Shown: one piece after another, positions 8,987 to 17,651 of the stretch
Layout: each line of letters starts with the position of its first letter
Position numbering within the stretch: the first letter of the stretch is position 1
From: a virus
Taxonomy: Duplodnaviria > Caudoviricetes
DNA: 62,739 bases
Strand: one strand, 5' to 3'
IMG/VR virus record: IMGVR_UViG_3300041935_000004
Span: 1 to 62,739 of that record
The notes under the pieces: model-generated
Seen by the model: the letters and a program-made list of their open reading frames with translations, nothing else
Databases searched by the model: none
Told to the model about the DNA's origin: nothing
Translations under genes and position numbers: made by a program

Positions 8987-9208
8987 GAGTTGCGAAGGGG
9001 TCAAATTCTGATACGCCTGCAACAGGCGGAGAAGGGGGGATGACGACGGAAAACCGCGCGGGAAAACGCGACTCGCCCGAACACTCCCGGGGCCATGACC
9101 TGCGACGATGTCACCAGACGATGACAGCGTGGGACGTCTCCACCGAGGTCTGCGCGTTTCCGCGTGTCGCCCTCTATGTCACGGTTCGCGGGGTTTACCC
9201 TCCCGTGC

Positions 9209-9442
9209 ATGCCAACGACGACGCTCTACTCCCCCGCCTGGTCGGACGCCCCCGCCCCGGCCCGAAATAGCTACGCGGTGCGCTACCGGCGACGAGGTAC
9301 CGAGGTCCAGCGCACCACCCCGGCCGGGGACGGCTGGACCACGTTCGCGGTCGCGGATGACACCGAGCACGCCGACTACATCGTCAAGTGCCTCAGCTTC
9401 TTCGCCCCGCACGAGACCTTCGACCTGGCGCAGAGCGCATGA
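9209..9442 (+). CDS. Hypothetical protein, possibly leaderless
   Basis: TACCCT 7 nt before the ATG; first gene of the rightward unit. Confidence 0.55.
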   Translation: MPTTTLYSPAWSDAPAPARNSYAVRYRRRGTEVQRTTPAGDGWTTFAVADDTEHADYIVKCLSFFAPHETFDLAQSA

Positions 9443-9675
9443 GCACCGGCTACCAGCGCCACCCCGACGACCTGCCACCGCGCCAGCCCGGGCGCGACGT
9501 GACGATGCTGCGCGGCTTCATCGGAGTGCTCATGCTCGGCATGGCCATCGCCACCGTGTTCATGTGGCTGTCCGGGAACACCAGCACCGGCGACGCGGTA
9601 GTTGTCGCGGTCGCCTGGGGGCTGATGGTCGCCGCCTACGTGATGGCCGGTCACCTGCCCCGGGCGCGTCGGTGA
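9439..9675 (+). CDS. Two-TM membrane protein
   Basis: Two hydrophobic segments; ATGA coupling. Confidence 0.7.
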   Translation: MSTGYQRHPDDLPPRQPGRDVTMLRGFIGVLMLGMAIATVFMWLSGNTSTGDAVVVAVAWGLMVAAYVMAGHLPRARR

Positions 9676-9694
9676 ACGCGACCCAGAGCCGCAA

Positions 9695-9880
9695 TTGAGC
9701 CCCTACAGGCGTCGCCGGCGCTCCGGGGGTGCGGACTTCTGCCACGACTGCCACCACGGTCACATCGCCCACCACGACGGCATCGGCAAGTGCTTCGGGG
9801 AACGGAAGTTCGCCGGGGAATGGGTCGACTGCCAATGCCCCCAGTTCGTGAAACCACCACCGGAGGATGAGGATGCGTAA
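9695..9880 (+). CDS. Small Cys/His-rich protein
   Basis: CHDCHHGH...H...C...CQC. Confidence 0.55.
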   Translation: MSPYRRRRRSGGADFCHDCHHGHIAHHDGIGKCFGERKFAGEWVDCQCPQFVKPPPEDEDA

Positions 9881-10121
9881 CCTCGGCCGGGGCATTGCCA
9901 CTGTGGACGTGGAAGCGATCAACGCCGCCCTCCACAACCAGCGCCTGGCCTACAACCTCTCGGGCATGGCCCCGCTGTCCGAACAGATGGGCATCGGGCG
10001 TAACACGTTGTACCGGATGGGCTACGGCATCCCGCCCGACGCCCAGAACCTCGCCGCGATCCTGTTCTGGCTGGGCGAACGCCAGTGGTGGATCAAACCC
10101 CGCGACGACCAGCCACAATAG
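9873..10121 (+). CDS. XRE/Cro-like HTH protein (repressor candidate)
   Basis: LSEQMGIGRNTLYRM...PDAQNLAAILFWLG. Confidence 0.75.
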   Translation: MRNLGRGIATVDVEAINAALHNQRLAYNLSGMAPLSEQMGIGRNTLYRMGYGIPPDAQNLAAILFWLGERQWWIKPRDDQPQ

Positions 10122-10305
10122 GCGCGCGCCGGGGTGGCGCGAACGCCTGTCAGCGTGAAAGAACAGACCCGGCGCGGGAAGGCACCGAGGGGGTTCTCGC
10201 ACAATCCCTCTTCCCGCGCCACCCTGCCCCCGCCGCCGGTGGGGCGCGGAGTTGTAGAAGGAAAACCACACCGGTCCGTCCGACCGCTCAAGGGCAACAT
10301 GACAC

Positions 10306-10480
10306 ACCCTCGGGGTTGCTGGGTTCAGGTATGGAACTTGCGACGCGGCCACCCCAGGGGTGAGCGGTCAACCAGCAAGGGCGTTGGGTCACACCGGCTC
10401 CCTACTGGTCCACACTGGGTGTAGTTCCATACCTTCTCGGCAGGCTCCGCGCATGGACGGTTCGATTCCGCCCGGGGGCA
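10306..10480 (+). ncRNA. tRNA/tmRNA-like structured element 3
   Basis: CCCUCG (10307-10312)/CGGGGG (10473-10478) stem; perfect 12-bp helix 10327-10338 with 10423-10434; T-arm GACGG-UUCGAUU-CCGCC with one mismatch. Confidence 0.55.
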
Positions 10481-10481
10481 C

Positions 10482-10814
10482 GTGGAAACGCTACGAAGCT
10501 GGTTCAACGGGCAGGACATCGAATGCCCCTACTGCGGCTCCCCGATCAACGCTCACGCGGAAGCAAAGAGGGCCGGGGGTTCACGCCCACCCCGCCCCGG
10601 GGACGCCTCGCTGTGCTCGCACTGCAAGGGCTTCGCGATCTACGAGGCCACCGACCCGTTCGGGACGAGCCTGGCCCTTCGCCCGCCCACGAAGAGTGAG
10701 GCCGGGGACATCGCCGCGCTCTACCCCGGCGTGGTCGGCGCTGTCCTGCCCGAGGTGAAAGCGCGACTGCGGGCGGCCGGCATCTACATCGAGCAGCCCC
10801 ACGAACGGGACTGA
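10482..10814 (+). CDS. Zinc-ribbon protein
   Basis: CPYC...CSHC. Confidence 0.7.
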   Translation: METLRSWFNGQDIECPYCGSPINAHAEAKRAGGSRPPRPGDASLCSHCKGFAIYEATDPFGTSLALRPPTKSEAGDIAALYPGVVGAVLPEVKARLRAAGIYIEQPHERD

Positions 10815-10815
10815 A

Positions 10816-10860
10816 AAGCGGCGGGGCCTGTGGGGTTACCAACCCCGGCCCCGCCGCTTC
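10816..10860. terminator. Hairpin between convergent units
   Basis: AAGCGGCGGGGCC / GGCCCCGCCGCTT inverted repeat. Confidence 0.75.
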
Positions 10861-10915
10861 ACCCGCAACCCCTGACTGACCCATCGCGTGTCTCAAGCGC
10901 GGTGAGCCACCCATT

Positions 10916-11077
10916 CTACCCGTCAAATTCTGCGTCCGCCTCGCCCAGGGCGTCGTCCCGCGCCTCCCGTTCACGCAACCTCAGCGCATGTTCCAGGATC
11001 GCCTGACGCACCTGCGGCGGCGTCCAGAACCCCGCCACGTACGCGTGCTGCTCCAACTCGCTCAGCGGCTCACCCAC
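10916..11077 (-). CDS. Hypothetical protein (53 aa, not in ORF track)
   Basis: Manual translation MGEPLSELEQHAYVAGFWTPP...; overlaps the upstream stop. Confidence 0.5.
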   Translation of the reverse strand: MGEPLSELEQHAYVAGFWTPPQVRQAILEHALRLREREARDDALGEADAEFDG

Positions 11078-11300
11078 GGGCCAGCTCCTTCACCAGATCC
11101 AGCATGCGGGTCGCGCCGGCCACCTGGCCCTGCGCCTTCGCGGTGATCTCCGCCCAGTCCGCCCGGGCGTCCTTGTCCCGACCGGCCCTCGCCGCATCCG
11201 CCTCAACCCGCTGGGCCTCAGTGCGGATCACGGTCAGCTGATCGGTCAGCCTCGGCAATAGCACGTGTGCCGCCCGCGCCTGCTCGGATAGTTGTCTCAT
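11070..11300 (-). CDS. Helical hypothetical protein
   Basis: ORF in operon. Confidence 0.55.
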   Translation of the reverse strand: MRQLSEQARAAHVLLPRLTDQLTVIRTEAQRVEADAARAGRDKDARADWAEITAKAQGQVAGATRMLDLVKELARG

Positions 11301-11583
11301 CGCTGCCCCCCAGCTCGATCACTGTCACAGTCCTGATATCCGCCCCGTAGCCGGCCAACCTATTAGCCCCCCGGGCCGCGGCGATCACGATCGCTTCCAT
11401 CGAGTCCATCGCCACGATGCCGTAGAGGGAAATCACGTGGTGGGTGGTGGTGTCCCCGTCGATACGCAACGCGCTGACGGTCGCCTCGAACCGCTTCGAG
11501 GCCGCGCCCAGCTCCGCCCGTCGGCGCTCGTCCCACACGTCGTCAGCCGGGCTCAACGGGTACGCCTCGTGGTCCTCGCTCAT
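11218..11583 (-). CDS. Hypothetical protein
   Basis: ATGA coupling. Confidence 0.55.
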   Translation of the reverse strand: MSEDHEAYPLSPADDVWDERRRAELGAASKRFEATVSALRIDGDTTTHHVISLYGIVAMDSMEAIVIAAARGANRLAGYGADIRTVTVIELGGSDETTIRAGAGGTRAIAEADRSADRDPH

Positions 11584-11810
11584 TCCATCTTCTCGATCCG
11601 CTGGAAGGTTTCCTGCTCCCCGTTCCACGGCCCGAAGTCGGTCAGCGTCAGGTTGTGCAGTGTCGAATCGGGCATCATCTCTTTGCTTCTCATGATCGCG
11701 ACCATCGCAGCGTCCTGATCGTCGGCTGCCGTGTAGTCGCACCGGAGCGTGAACGTCTCCCCGTCGGGCCTGATCCGGATCACGTCGACCTGATACTGAC
11801 GGAGTTTCAT
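11580..11810 (-). CDS. Hypothetical protein
   Basis: ATGA coupling. Confidence 0.65.
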   Translation of the reverse strand: MKLRQYQVDVIRIRPDGETFTLRCDYTAADDQDAAMVAIMRSKEMMPDSTLHNLTLTDFGPWNGEQETFQRIEKME

Positions 11811-12349
11811 TCCATCAACTCCGGCCGGGGGTAGGCGGCGACACGTTCCCGGATCGATTCGTCCACCGGCGTTTCCTGCGTGTGGACGACGTCCCCGGCT
11901 TTCACCAGGACGTCGGTGATCGCCCGCACCAGAATCCGATGGCCGAACACCGCTTCGCCTTCACTGCGATAGCGGGCCTGAAAATGACCCAGGTCGTTCC
12001 CTATCGCGATCCGGTTGGTGTCGCCGAAGATCATCGTCTCCCAGAACACGCCCAAGTTCTCGCCCCAGCCCATGTCGGTCACTAGGTGCACCGTGGACGC
12101 GCGGACGCAGTGTTCGTCCCACGACAACCGGGTGTACGCCACGTGCGGATCCAGCTGGCGGGCCTCGTCGTATTCACGGAAGGTACGCAGCCGTTCATGG
12201 GTGTAGGGGTGGCAATGGACCAGACCCGGGGACATCAGCTGCTCGGCTGGGTCAATGGATTGGTGCCCGTTGAGCCGGACGAGATGAAGGCCGGCCTCCG
12301 GGTCCGGGAGGTCAGAGTAGTCAGCCATTCCGTTCTCCGCGTAGCTCAT
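11807..12349 (-). CDS. Hypothetical phage protein (WETMIFG...RY...H motif)
   Basis: Long coupled ORF. Confidence 0.65.
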   Translation of the reverse strand: MSYAENGMADYSDLPDPEAGLHLVRLNGHQSIDPAEQLMSPGLVHCHPYTHERLRTFREYDEARQLDPHVAYTRLSWDEHCVRASTVHLVTDMGWGENLGVFWETMIFGDTNRIAIGNDLGHFQARYRSEGEAVFGHRILVRAITDVLVKAGDVVHTQETPVDESIRERVAAYPRPELME

Positions 12350-12764
12350 CCGTCGCCCATTCCTCCACCGGCTCAGCGTCAGGAAGATTCACATCGGCCA
12401 ACACCAGCGCCTCGCCCACGTGCGCGCAACAGGCTGGAATCAACATCAACCTGTCGCCCGGGGCGTTGCCGAACACAACGAATTCCGTTGGCTGCATGCA
12501 GGCGAGTCGGCTTACGCCGCCCCTGCCTTGGGGAACCCAGTCGCGGTCGACCCAAAAGCAGCGCACCGAATCGATTCGAGTGGGCACCCGAACAAGATTC
12601 AGGACAGGGAAGGGTCCGGCCGATAGTTCGCCTAGATGAAGCGTGGCCAGATCGATCTGCTGTTCGCGCCACGCTTCGGCATCGGGCACCGGGAGGGGCA
12701 CCGCCGGCATCTCAACCTGCGGGCCGGCGGTGAACGGTCGTAGGTATCGGTGACTGTAGGTCAT
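12321..12764 (-). CDS. Hypothetical protein
   Basis: First ORF of the leftward unit. Confidence 0.55.
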   Translation of the reverse strand: MTYSHRYLRPFTAGPQVEMPAVPLPVPDAEAWREQQIDLATLHLGELSAGPFPVLNLVRVPTRIDSVRCFWVDRDWVPQGRGGVSRLACMQPTEFVVFGNAPGDRLMLIPACCAHVGEALVLADVNLPDAEPVEEWATDELRGERNG

Positions 12765-12941
12765 GTTTGATCACGTGCGTTCACTTGCGCAACTCCCGAA
12801 CAGTTCCGGCTTCCGGTTCGACACGGCGTGTTGCGGGTCGGACTTTACCGGTGATGACGGCGGGCGACGGGGGATGTGGACGGGTGTCCGGGGCCAAAGC
12901 CGGAAAGAGCCGCACCGGGTGCGAGGCGTAGGTAACCGGGT

Positions 12942-13136
12942 ATGACCGAAACTCTTCTCAACTACAAGGAAGCAGCCGAGTACCTGGGCTGCAAGGTCGA
13001 CACCCTTCAGCGGTGGTCGGCACGCCACGACATCGAGCGGATCAAGTACGACAATGGGCAGGTGAAGTTCAAGCCAGAGTTCTTGAATGACTACATCGAG
13101 CGATGCCGCGAACCTAGTCGCTGGCAGCGGAAGTAA
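12942..13136 (+). CDS. xis: Excisionase (recombination directionality factor)
   Basis: LLNYKEAAEYLGCKVDTLQRW HTH; adjacent and convergent to integrase. Confidence 0.8.
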   Translation: MTETLLNYKEAAEYLGCKVDTLQRWSARHDIERIKYDNGQVKFKPEFLNDYIERCREPSRWQRK

Positions 13137-14352
13137 GACCCGTGACGTGGCGCACCAATCGGGCCAACGCCTCTGGGCTGACGTTTGAATAAGTCTTCAT
13201 CAGCTCGCTTTTCGAGTGACCGGTCTGTGCAGCCACGGCTTCGACCGGCACCTGCTCGTCACTGCTGCGCGCCCATTGCACGTAAGCGTGGCGCAGGTAG
13301 TGAGGGGTCGGTAGAAGGTCGGGTTCCAGCCACGCCAGATCCCCGGCCTCTACCGCCTTCTCCACGGCCTGCTTGAACTGGTAGCTAAATCCCCCGTGGG
13401 ACCATGCCTGTTCCGGGTACATCGGCGATCGAAACACCAAACCACGGCGACCGGTCTTCAAGATGAACTCGCGCAGCCTCGCAGCGAAGTCGGGGCCGAT
13501 GAGGACCATGCGAGGTTCTTTGTTCTTCGGCCGAGATCGGTGGCGGTTCCGCTCCTGCTCATAGATCGCCACACCGGCTACGCCCTCCACTGCGACCAGG
13601 TGTGTCGACTGGAACGCGATCATCTCCCCGAGGCGGCATCCAGTAAGGGCGAGGAATTCGATCATCAGCCGGATTTCTTCGGTGCGCCCGTGCTTGCGAA
13701 TGGCTAGGTACTGATCTTGCCGCATACCCCGCTCAGCGGCGCGACGCCGGCCGGCCGGTACGTCATAGCCGTACAGCGTGTCCAGGGGCAGCAGGCTCTT
13801 GATCATCGCCACCTTGATGACTTCGACAACGAACTGCATCGTGGTCCGGATGGTCAGTGGCGAGTAGGGCTTAGTCGGCACCGGCTTACCCCACAGGGCT
13901 TTCTTGAGCGCTTCCTCGAAGTCGATGATGAGGTCAAGGTCGACGTCCTTGACCGGGGTGTCGTACAGCGAGCGGCCAGCCTCTGTGAGGAACTTCGTGC
14001 GGTTCAACCGTTCGCGATTGGCGTCCTGCGAGTCATCCGTCATCCGCCGCGACTTGAATCTGATATGCCGTTCCGCGAACTCGCCAAAGGTCTCTTCCTT
14101 CACCACCATCGCCGTCGGACGCGGAGGGATCGTCACGTCGATCCGGTACTGCCCCGAAACAACGGCGTCATCGCCAGGCGATACACACGCTTCCCAGTGG
14201 TCTAGGTAGTCCTGAAACTTCCGCGCTTCGACATCGCTGAGAAACGTCTTCGCGTGAGTCCTGCGAGTCTCCCGGTTAGTCCAGCGGACACGCGGGTCCG
14301 CACCGTTCGGACGATCGACGTAGCTCCACTTACGCTTACCAAGCTTCGGCAT
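13114..14352 (-). CDS. int: Tyrosine integrase
   Basis: TGCRLGE (R), K in RPKNK, HYLRH, GH, TY; start MPKLGK at 14352 inferred. Confidence 0.93.
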   Translation of the reverse strand: MPKLGKRKWSYVDRPNGADPRVRWTNRETRRTHAKTFLSDVEARKFQDYLDHWEACVSPGDDAVVSGQYRIDVTIPPRPTAMVVKEETFGEFAERHIRFKSRRMTDDSQDANRERLNRTKFLTEAGRSLYDTPVKDVDLDLIIDFEEALKKALWGKPVPTKPYSPLTIRTTMQFVVEVIKVAMIKSLLPLDTLYGYDVPAGRRRAAERGMRQDQYLAIRKHGRTEEIRLMIEFLALTGCRLGEMIAFQSTHLVAVEGVAGVAIYEQERNRHRSRPKNKEPRMVLIGPDFAARLREFILKTGRRGLVFRSPMYPEQAWSHGGFSYQFKQAVEKAVEAGDLAWLEPDLLPTPHYLRHAYVQWARSSDEQVPVEAVAAQTGHSKSELMKTYSNVSPEALARLVRHVTGLTSAASD

Positions 14353-14359
14353 GACGTAC

Positions 14360-14600
14360 TTGCTCGCTCTCAAAACCGGAGTGGCGTGAACCCCGTACGC
14401 GTACTGGGGCCCAGCGAGCATAACAAAGATGCAGGTCAGAGCGGTCTTTAGGAGATCCAGTACATTTCCCATATAACCCAGTTTGACCTGCGGTTTTACG
14501 AAAGTGAAGATTGTGAATGTCGGAGTTATCCGGAGTTGTCATCAGCCGTTCGGACTAGTACGCAGCAGTTAGCCACCCAGTACGCGTACGCAGATTCTGT
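14360..14600. other. Probable attP region
   Basis: Non-coding, upstream of int; perfect 15-bp inverted repeat 14394-14408/14576-14590; GCAGGTCA/TGACCTGC pair; tandem CGGAGTTRTC repeats 14521-14540. Confidence 0.65.
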
Positions 14601-14632
14601 ATAGGACGGTCCACTCCGGAAGACACACACGA

Positions 14633-14680
14633 CAAAAGGGGCGCCGTCCCACCCCCCTCAGGATGGAACGGCGCCCCTCT
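14633..14680 (-). terminator. Intrinsic terminator
   Basis: AGGGGCGCCGT / ACGGCGCCCCT stem followed by a U-tract on the minus strand. Confidence 0.75.
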
Positions 14681-14693
14681 GTGGCAGCTGGCG

Positions 14694-14918
14694 CTAGTGC
14701 GTGAACGTCTCCCTGTCGGCCCGGTCCCTGGCCCGTTCGGTCCACTCCCAGATCCCGTACAGGGGGATGGAGACGAGGATGTAAGCGGCGACGGCGATAG
14801 GCCACGCGTAGTTGTCCACGAATAGCGCGATGGCGCCGATGATGAATGCCCCGGCGATGAACGTCAGTGCCATTCGTTGATGCCGCCAGGGCCGGTTGCG
14901 GGGGTTTCCGTTGCTCAA
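14694..14918 (-). CDS. Two-TM membrane protein
   Basis: Two hydrophobic helices. Confidence 0.65.
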   Translation of the reverse strand: MSNGNPRNRPWRHQRMALTFIAGAFIIGAIALFVDNYAWPIAVAAYILVSIPLYGIWEWTERARDRADRETFTH

Positions 14919-15235
14919 CGTCCACGCGCCGCCGCCGGACCACCGGCTTTGATGTGGAAGTCGTAGCTGGCGTCTCCGCGTTCCTCGGTGCGCCGCATGA
15001 CTTCCTGCGCGAATTCGGCGGCGTGCCGGCTGGCCACGTCCAACGCCGCGTCGATGATGACCGATTGGCGTGGCTGTATCTCCCGGCCGCTGGGCTCCAC
15101 GCGGTGGCAGCGCCGGCCGTGGAGATACATGCGTTCGGCTATCTTCCCCAGTCGGGTGCGCAGCGCCACGGTGATCTTGATTTGAGCGTCGGGCATGTCG
15201 CCGGCGCGTGCCGTCACGTCAGTTCCCCTTGACAC
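14915..15235 (-). CDS. Hypothetical, possibly ribbon-helix-helix-like DNA-binding protein
   Basis: IKITVALRTRLGKIA...QSVIIDAALD. Confidence 0.5.
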   Translation of the reverse strand: MSRGTDVTARAGDMPDAQIKITVALRTRLGKIAERMYLHGRRCHRVEPSGREIQPRQSVIIDAALDVASRHAAEFAQEVMRRTEERGDASYDFHIKAGGPAAARGR

Positions 15236-16349
15236 TCTTGCCTTCTTTCCACGCCGTGTTGTTCGCCGCGATCCGTTCGGCTTTCTCGGCGGCAGCTATC
15301 GCCACCTCGCGGGTGACGAACTGGGGAAAGTTTTCGTTGCTCAGTTTGCCGCGCGTGATCTGGAGCCGATCGCTGTTGATCGACCGGTCGGCGATGAAGT
15401 AGTTCCAGCCGCGAATCATCAGGGCGAGGATTTCGTCACTGGTCAGAACGTCGGATCGGGTCTTGCCGTAGTAGGTCGCGGTCTGGGCCAGCTTGCTTTT
15501 GTACAGGCGTTCACGCACGACGGCGATGGGTGATCCGCCGGGCAGATCTGATGGGGACAGCCAGTAGGACTGCCAGGTGTAGGCCAGGTCGGAGTTGACG
15601 CGGTTGGCGTTTCCCCAGAAGAACCCGTAGAGGCTCGCGGAAACCATGGACGGGCGGGTGGCCCGCGCGGCGTCCTCCCCGATTTTCGCGGCGTTGTAAA
15701 GGTCCGGCTGCATACGCAGCACCCGGGCGATCTCCGAGTGCGTGGCGGTGCCGGTGCCTTTCTGGGACGCGGCGGTGTGCCGGCCGGCTTCCCAGTGCAT
15801 CTGGCGCCGGGCGATGACGCCCAGCACATTCAGCTGGGCGGCGGACAGATTGCCACCGAGGCCACTGATGCGCAGTGAGTCGCCGATAGATCGGGACGCG
15901 CCGGTGTCTTTGACACTCATGACTTCCGGGTCGACTCCGACAATCACCCAGAACTTGATGGTGCGGCCGGATTCCACGACAGCGGCCAAACGGTTCTGCC
16001 CGTCGATGAGGTTGCTGTGCCAGTCGATCAGAATGGTGTCTTCGGAGTCTTCCCGCCACGCGCCTTTGACCATGTCGGCGGCGTACTCACCGATGCGGCG
16101 GTCTTTCTTGCTGCGCTGATCGGGGTGCAGGGAATCGATGAGGCTCTTGGCGATGGTGGGCGTGACCCTTACCCAGAATCGGCCGTAGGCGATGCGGCCG
16201 GGATTCTGGGGGTCGTCGCGCAGTTCGATGTCTACCGTGGGCCGGGCATCGATTTCCAATTGGTGTTGCGTCTTCGCTGCCACGGGCGGTGACGCCACCT
16301 TCTTGGTCGTTGATGTGGCGGCACGCTTGGGAGCGGTCTTCGTCGGCAC
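15219..16349 (-). CDS. ParB/DGQHR-like domain protein
   Basis: YAADM...W...LIDGQNRLAAVV...DTGASRS; AGGAGG RBS before GTG 16349. Confidence 0.75.
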   Translation of the reverse strand: MPTKTAPKRAATSTTKKVASPPVAAKTQHQLEIDARPTVDIELRDDPQNPGRIAYGRFWVRVTPTIAKSLIDSLHPDQRSKKDRRIGEYAADMVKGAWREDSEDTILIDWHSNLIDGQNRLAAVVESGRTIKFWVIVGVDPEVMSVKDTGASRSIGDSLRISGLGGNLSAAQLNVLGVIARRQMHWEAGRHTAASQKGTGTATHSEIARVLRMQPDLYNAAKIGEDAARATRPSMVSASLYGFFWGNANRVNSDLAYTWQSYWLSPSDLPGGSPIAVVRERLYKSKLAQTATYYGKTRSDVLTSDEILALMIRGWNYFIADRSINSDRLQITRGKLSNENFPQFVTREVAIAAAEKAERIAANNTAWKEGKSVKGN

Positions 16350-16426
16350 GGGGGAGCCTCCTATGTCGCTGTGTGTGAAGTTGAACAGTGCGGGGGTTTC
16401 AGTGTGAACCACAGGTGGGTCTCCGG

Positions 16427-16717
16427 TCAGCCCTGTCGGTCTTGTCGCTGGTCGATGCGGCCGGAGTGACGTCCGGGTGTGCCCCGTTCGATACCAGCTT
16501 TATCAAGGATCACGGCGACATCCAGGGCCTTACTCATGTGGGTCCACACGGTCGGTAGGTACGTGACGATCGCGCCGATCATCACGAACCGCCCAGCGCC
16601 GTTCCACAGGCAGCACAGGAGAAAGACCATCAGGCCCATGATCGCCAGGTCGCACTGGAATCGGCGGGTCGCTGATCTGGACCGGTCGCGGAGCCTTTCC
16701 CAGGTGGGTCGTTTCAT
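16427..16717 (-). CDS. Membrane protein
   Basis: Two hydrophobic segments; GAGG RBS. Confidence 0.55.
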   Translation of the reverse strand: MKRPTWERLRDRSRSATRRFQCDLAIMGLMVFLLCCLWNGAGRFVMIGAIVTYLPTVWTHMSKALDVAVILDKAGIERGTPGRHSGRIDQRQDRQG

Positions 16718-16742
16718 CGGTTGTCCTCTGGAATAGAAAGAA

Positions 16743-16790
16743 CCCGCCCCGGCGAAGGGGCGCAGCGACGCGTCTTCACCGGGGCGGGAG
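16743..16790. terminator. Intergenic hairpin
   Basis: CCCGCCCCGG / CCGGGGCGGG inverted repeat. Confidence 0.6.
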
Positions 16791-16793
16791 TCA

Positions 16794-17540
16794 TCAGTTG
16801 GGGTGGTAGGCGGTGACGTTGTTGGCCAGCATCCACTTGAGCGCACCCGGGTTGTGGGGATCGGGGGTCCCGTAGATCTTCCGCGCGGCCTCCGGGGTGC
16901 AGAGAATCGCGTTGAGCAGGTCGAAAAGGTCAAGGTGGGCTTCGGCGAATGCCCCGGCGCGGGCCTGCGCGTCCAACGATTCCTTGTCCATGTCATGGAG
17001 GTCGACATACGCGCGCAGTGTCACCGCGCGGTCGAGTCCCATGTAGCGGCGGACGTAGCAGTCGCCGGAGGTGAACGCGACGTAGAAGGAGTCACTGATT
17101 TCCTCGTCGCCCTCGTCGTAGTCCGGGCAGTCGGTGTTGTGGCGCGGGCGGTATTCCGGGGCGGCGAAACCCATACCGATCAGCCGCGCGCCGGGATATC
17201 CCTCGGGGGAATCTTCGTCGGGTGCGGGTTCGGGAACCAGATCATCGCTGCCGGCGCCCCGGGTCTGGCCGGTCACTTTCGCCAGGTGATCCAGGACGAC
17301 CCGGGGGCCGTGCTGCTCCCAGGCGTCACCGGGCAGCCAGTCGTAGGAGTTCGGGCTGAACAACAGGTTTCCGGTGGAGTAGTCGTCGTCGGCGTCGAGG
17401 AAGACGGGCACGACAAACCGCAGGCCAGCGGCGAAACCGGCTTTCCATTCGGGGCGAAAGTCCTCATCGAAGGTCCGCAGACAATGCTCCACGGCTTCGT
17501 GCCAGGCTTCGGGGGCTCTGCTCTCCGCGTGCGTCGGCAT
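16794..17540 (-). CDS. Acidic hypothetical protein
   Basis: AGGAG RBS; 248 aa. Confidence 0.7.
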   Translation of the reverse strand: MPTHAESRAPEAWHEAVEHCLRTFDEDFRPEWKAGFAAGLRFVVPVFLDADDDYSTGNLLFSPNSYDWLPGDAWEQHGPRVVLDHLAKVTGQTRGAGSDDLVPEPAPDEDSPEGYPGARLIGMGFAAPEYRPRHNTDCPDYDEGDEEISDSFYVAFTSGDCYVRRYMGLDRAVTLRAYVDLHDMDKESLDAQARAGAFAEAHLDLFDLLNAILCTPEAARKIYGTPDPHNPGALKWMLANNVTAYHPN

Positions 17541-17651
17541 GCGGGTTTCTCCTGTAGGTGAATTCACATGGTTGCGGTGTTGCGGACAGTAACCCACCGG
17601 TACACGCAGAGGCAGAAGACGCCGACGGTCTCGGCGTGTCGCGGGGGCACG

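Noticed and set aside
3505-10480. Canonical tRNA genes or a full tmRNA
   Set aside because: No proper D-arm and anticodon arm, no encoded CCA, lengths too long for tRNA and too short for tmRNA; kept as tRNA-like RNAs
13114-14352. Integron integrase serving the early-gene array
   Set aside because: Looks like an ordinary phage integrase with xis and attP, is far from the array, and I cannot see the IntI-specific insertion; the cassette idea remains a hypothesis
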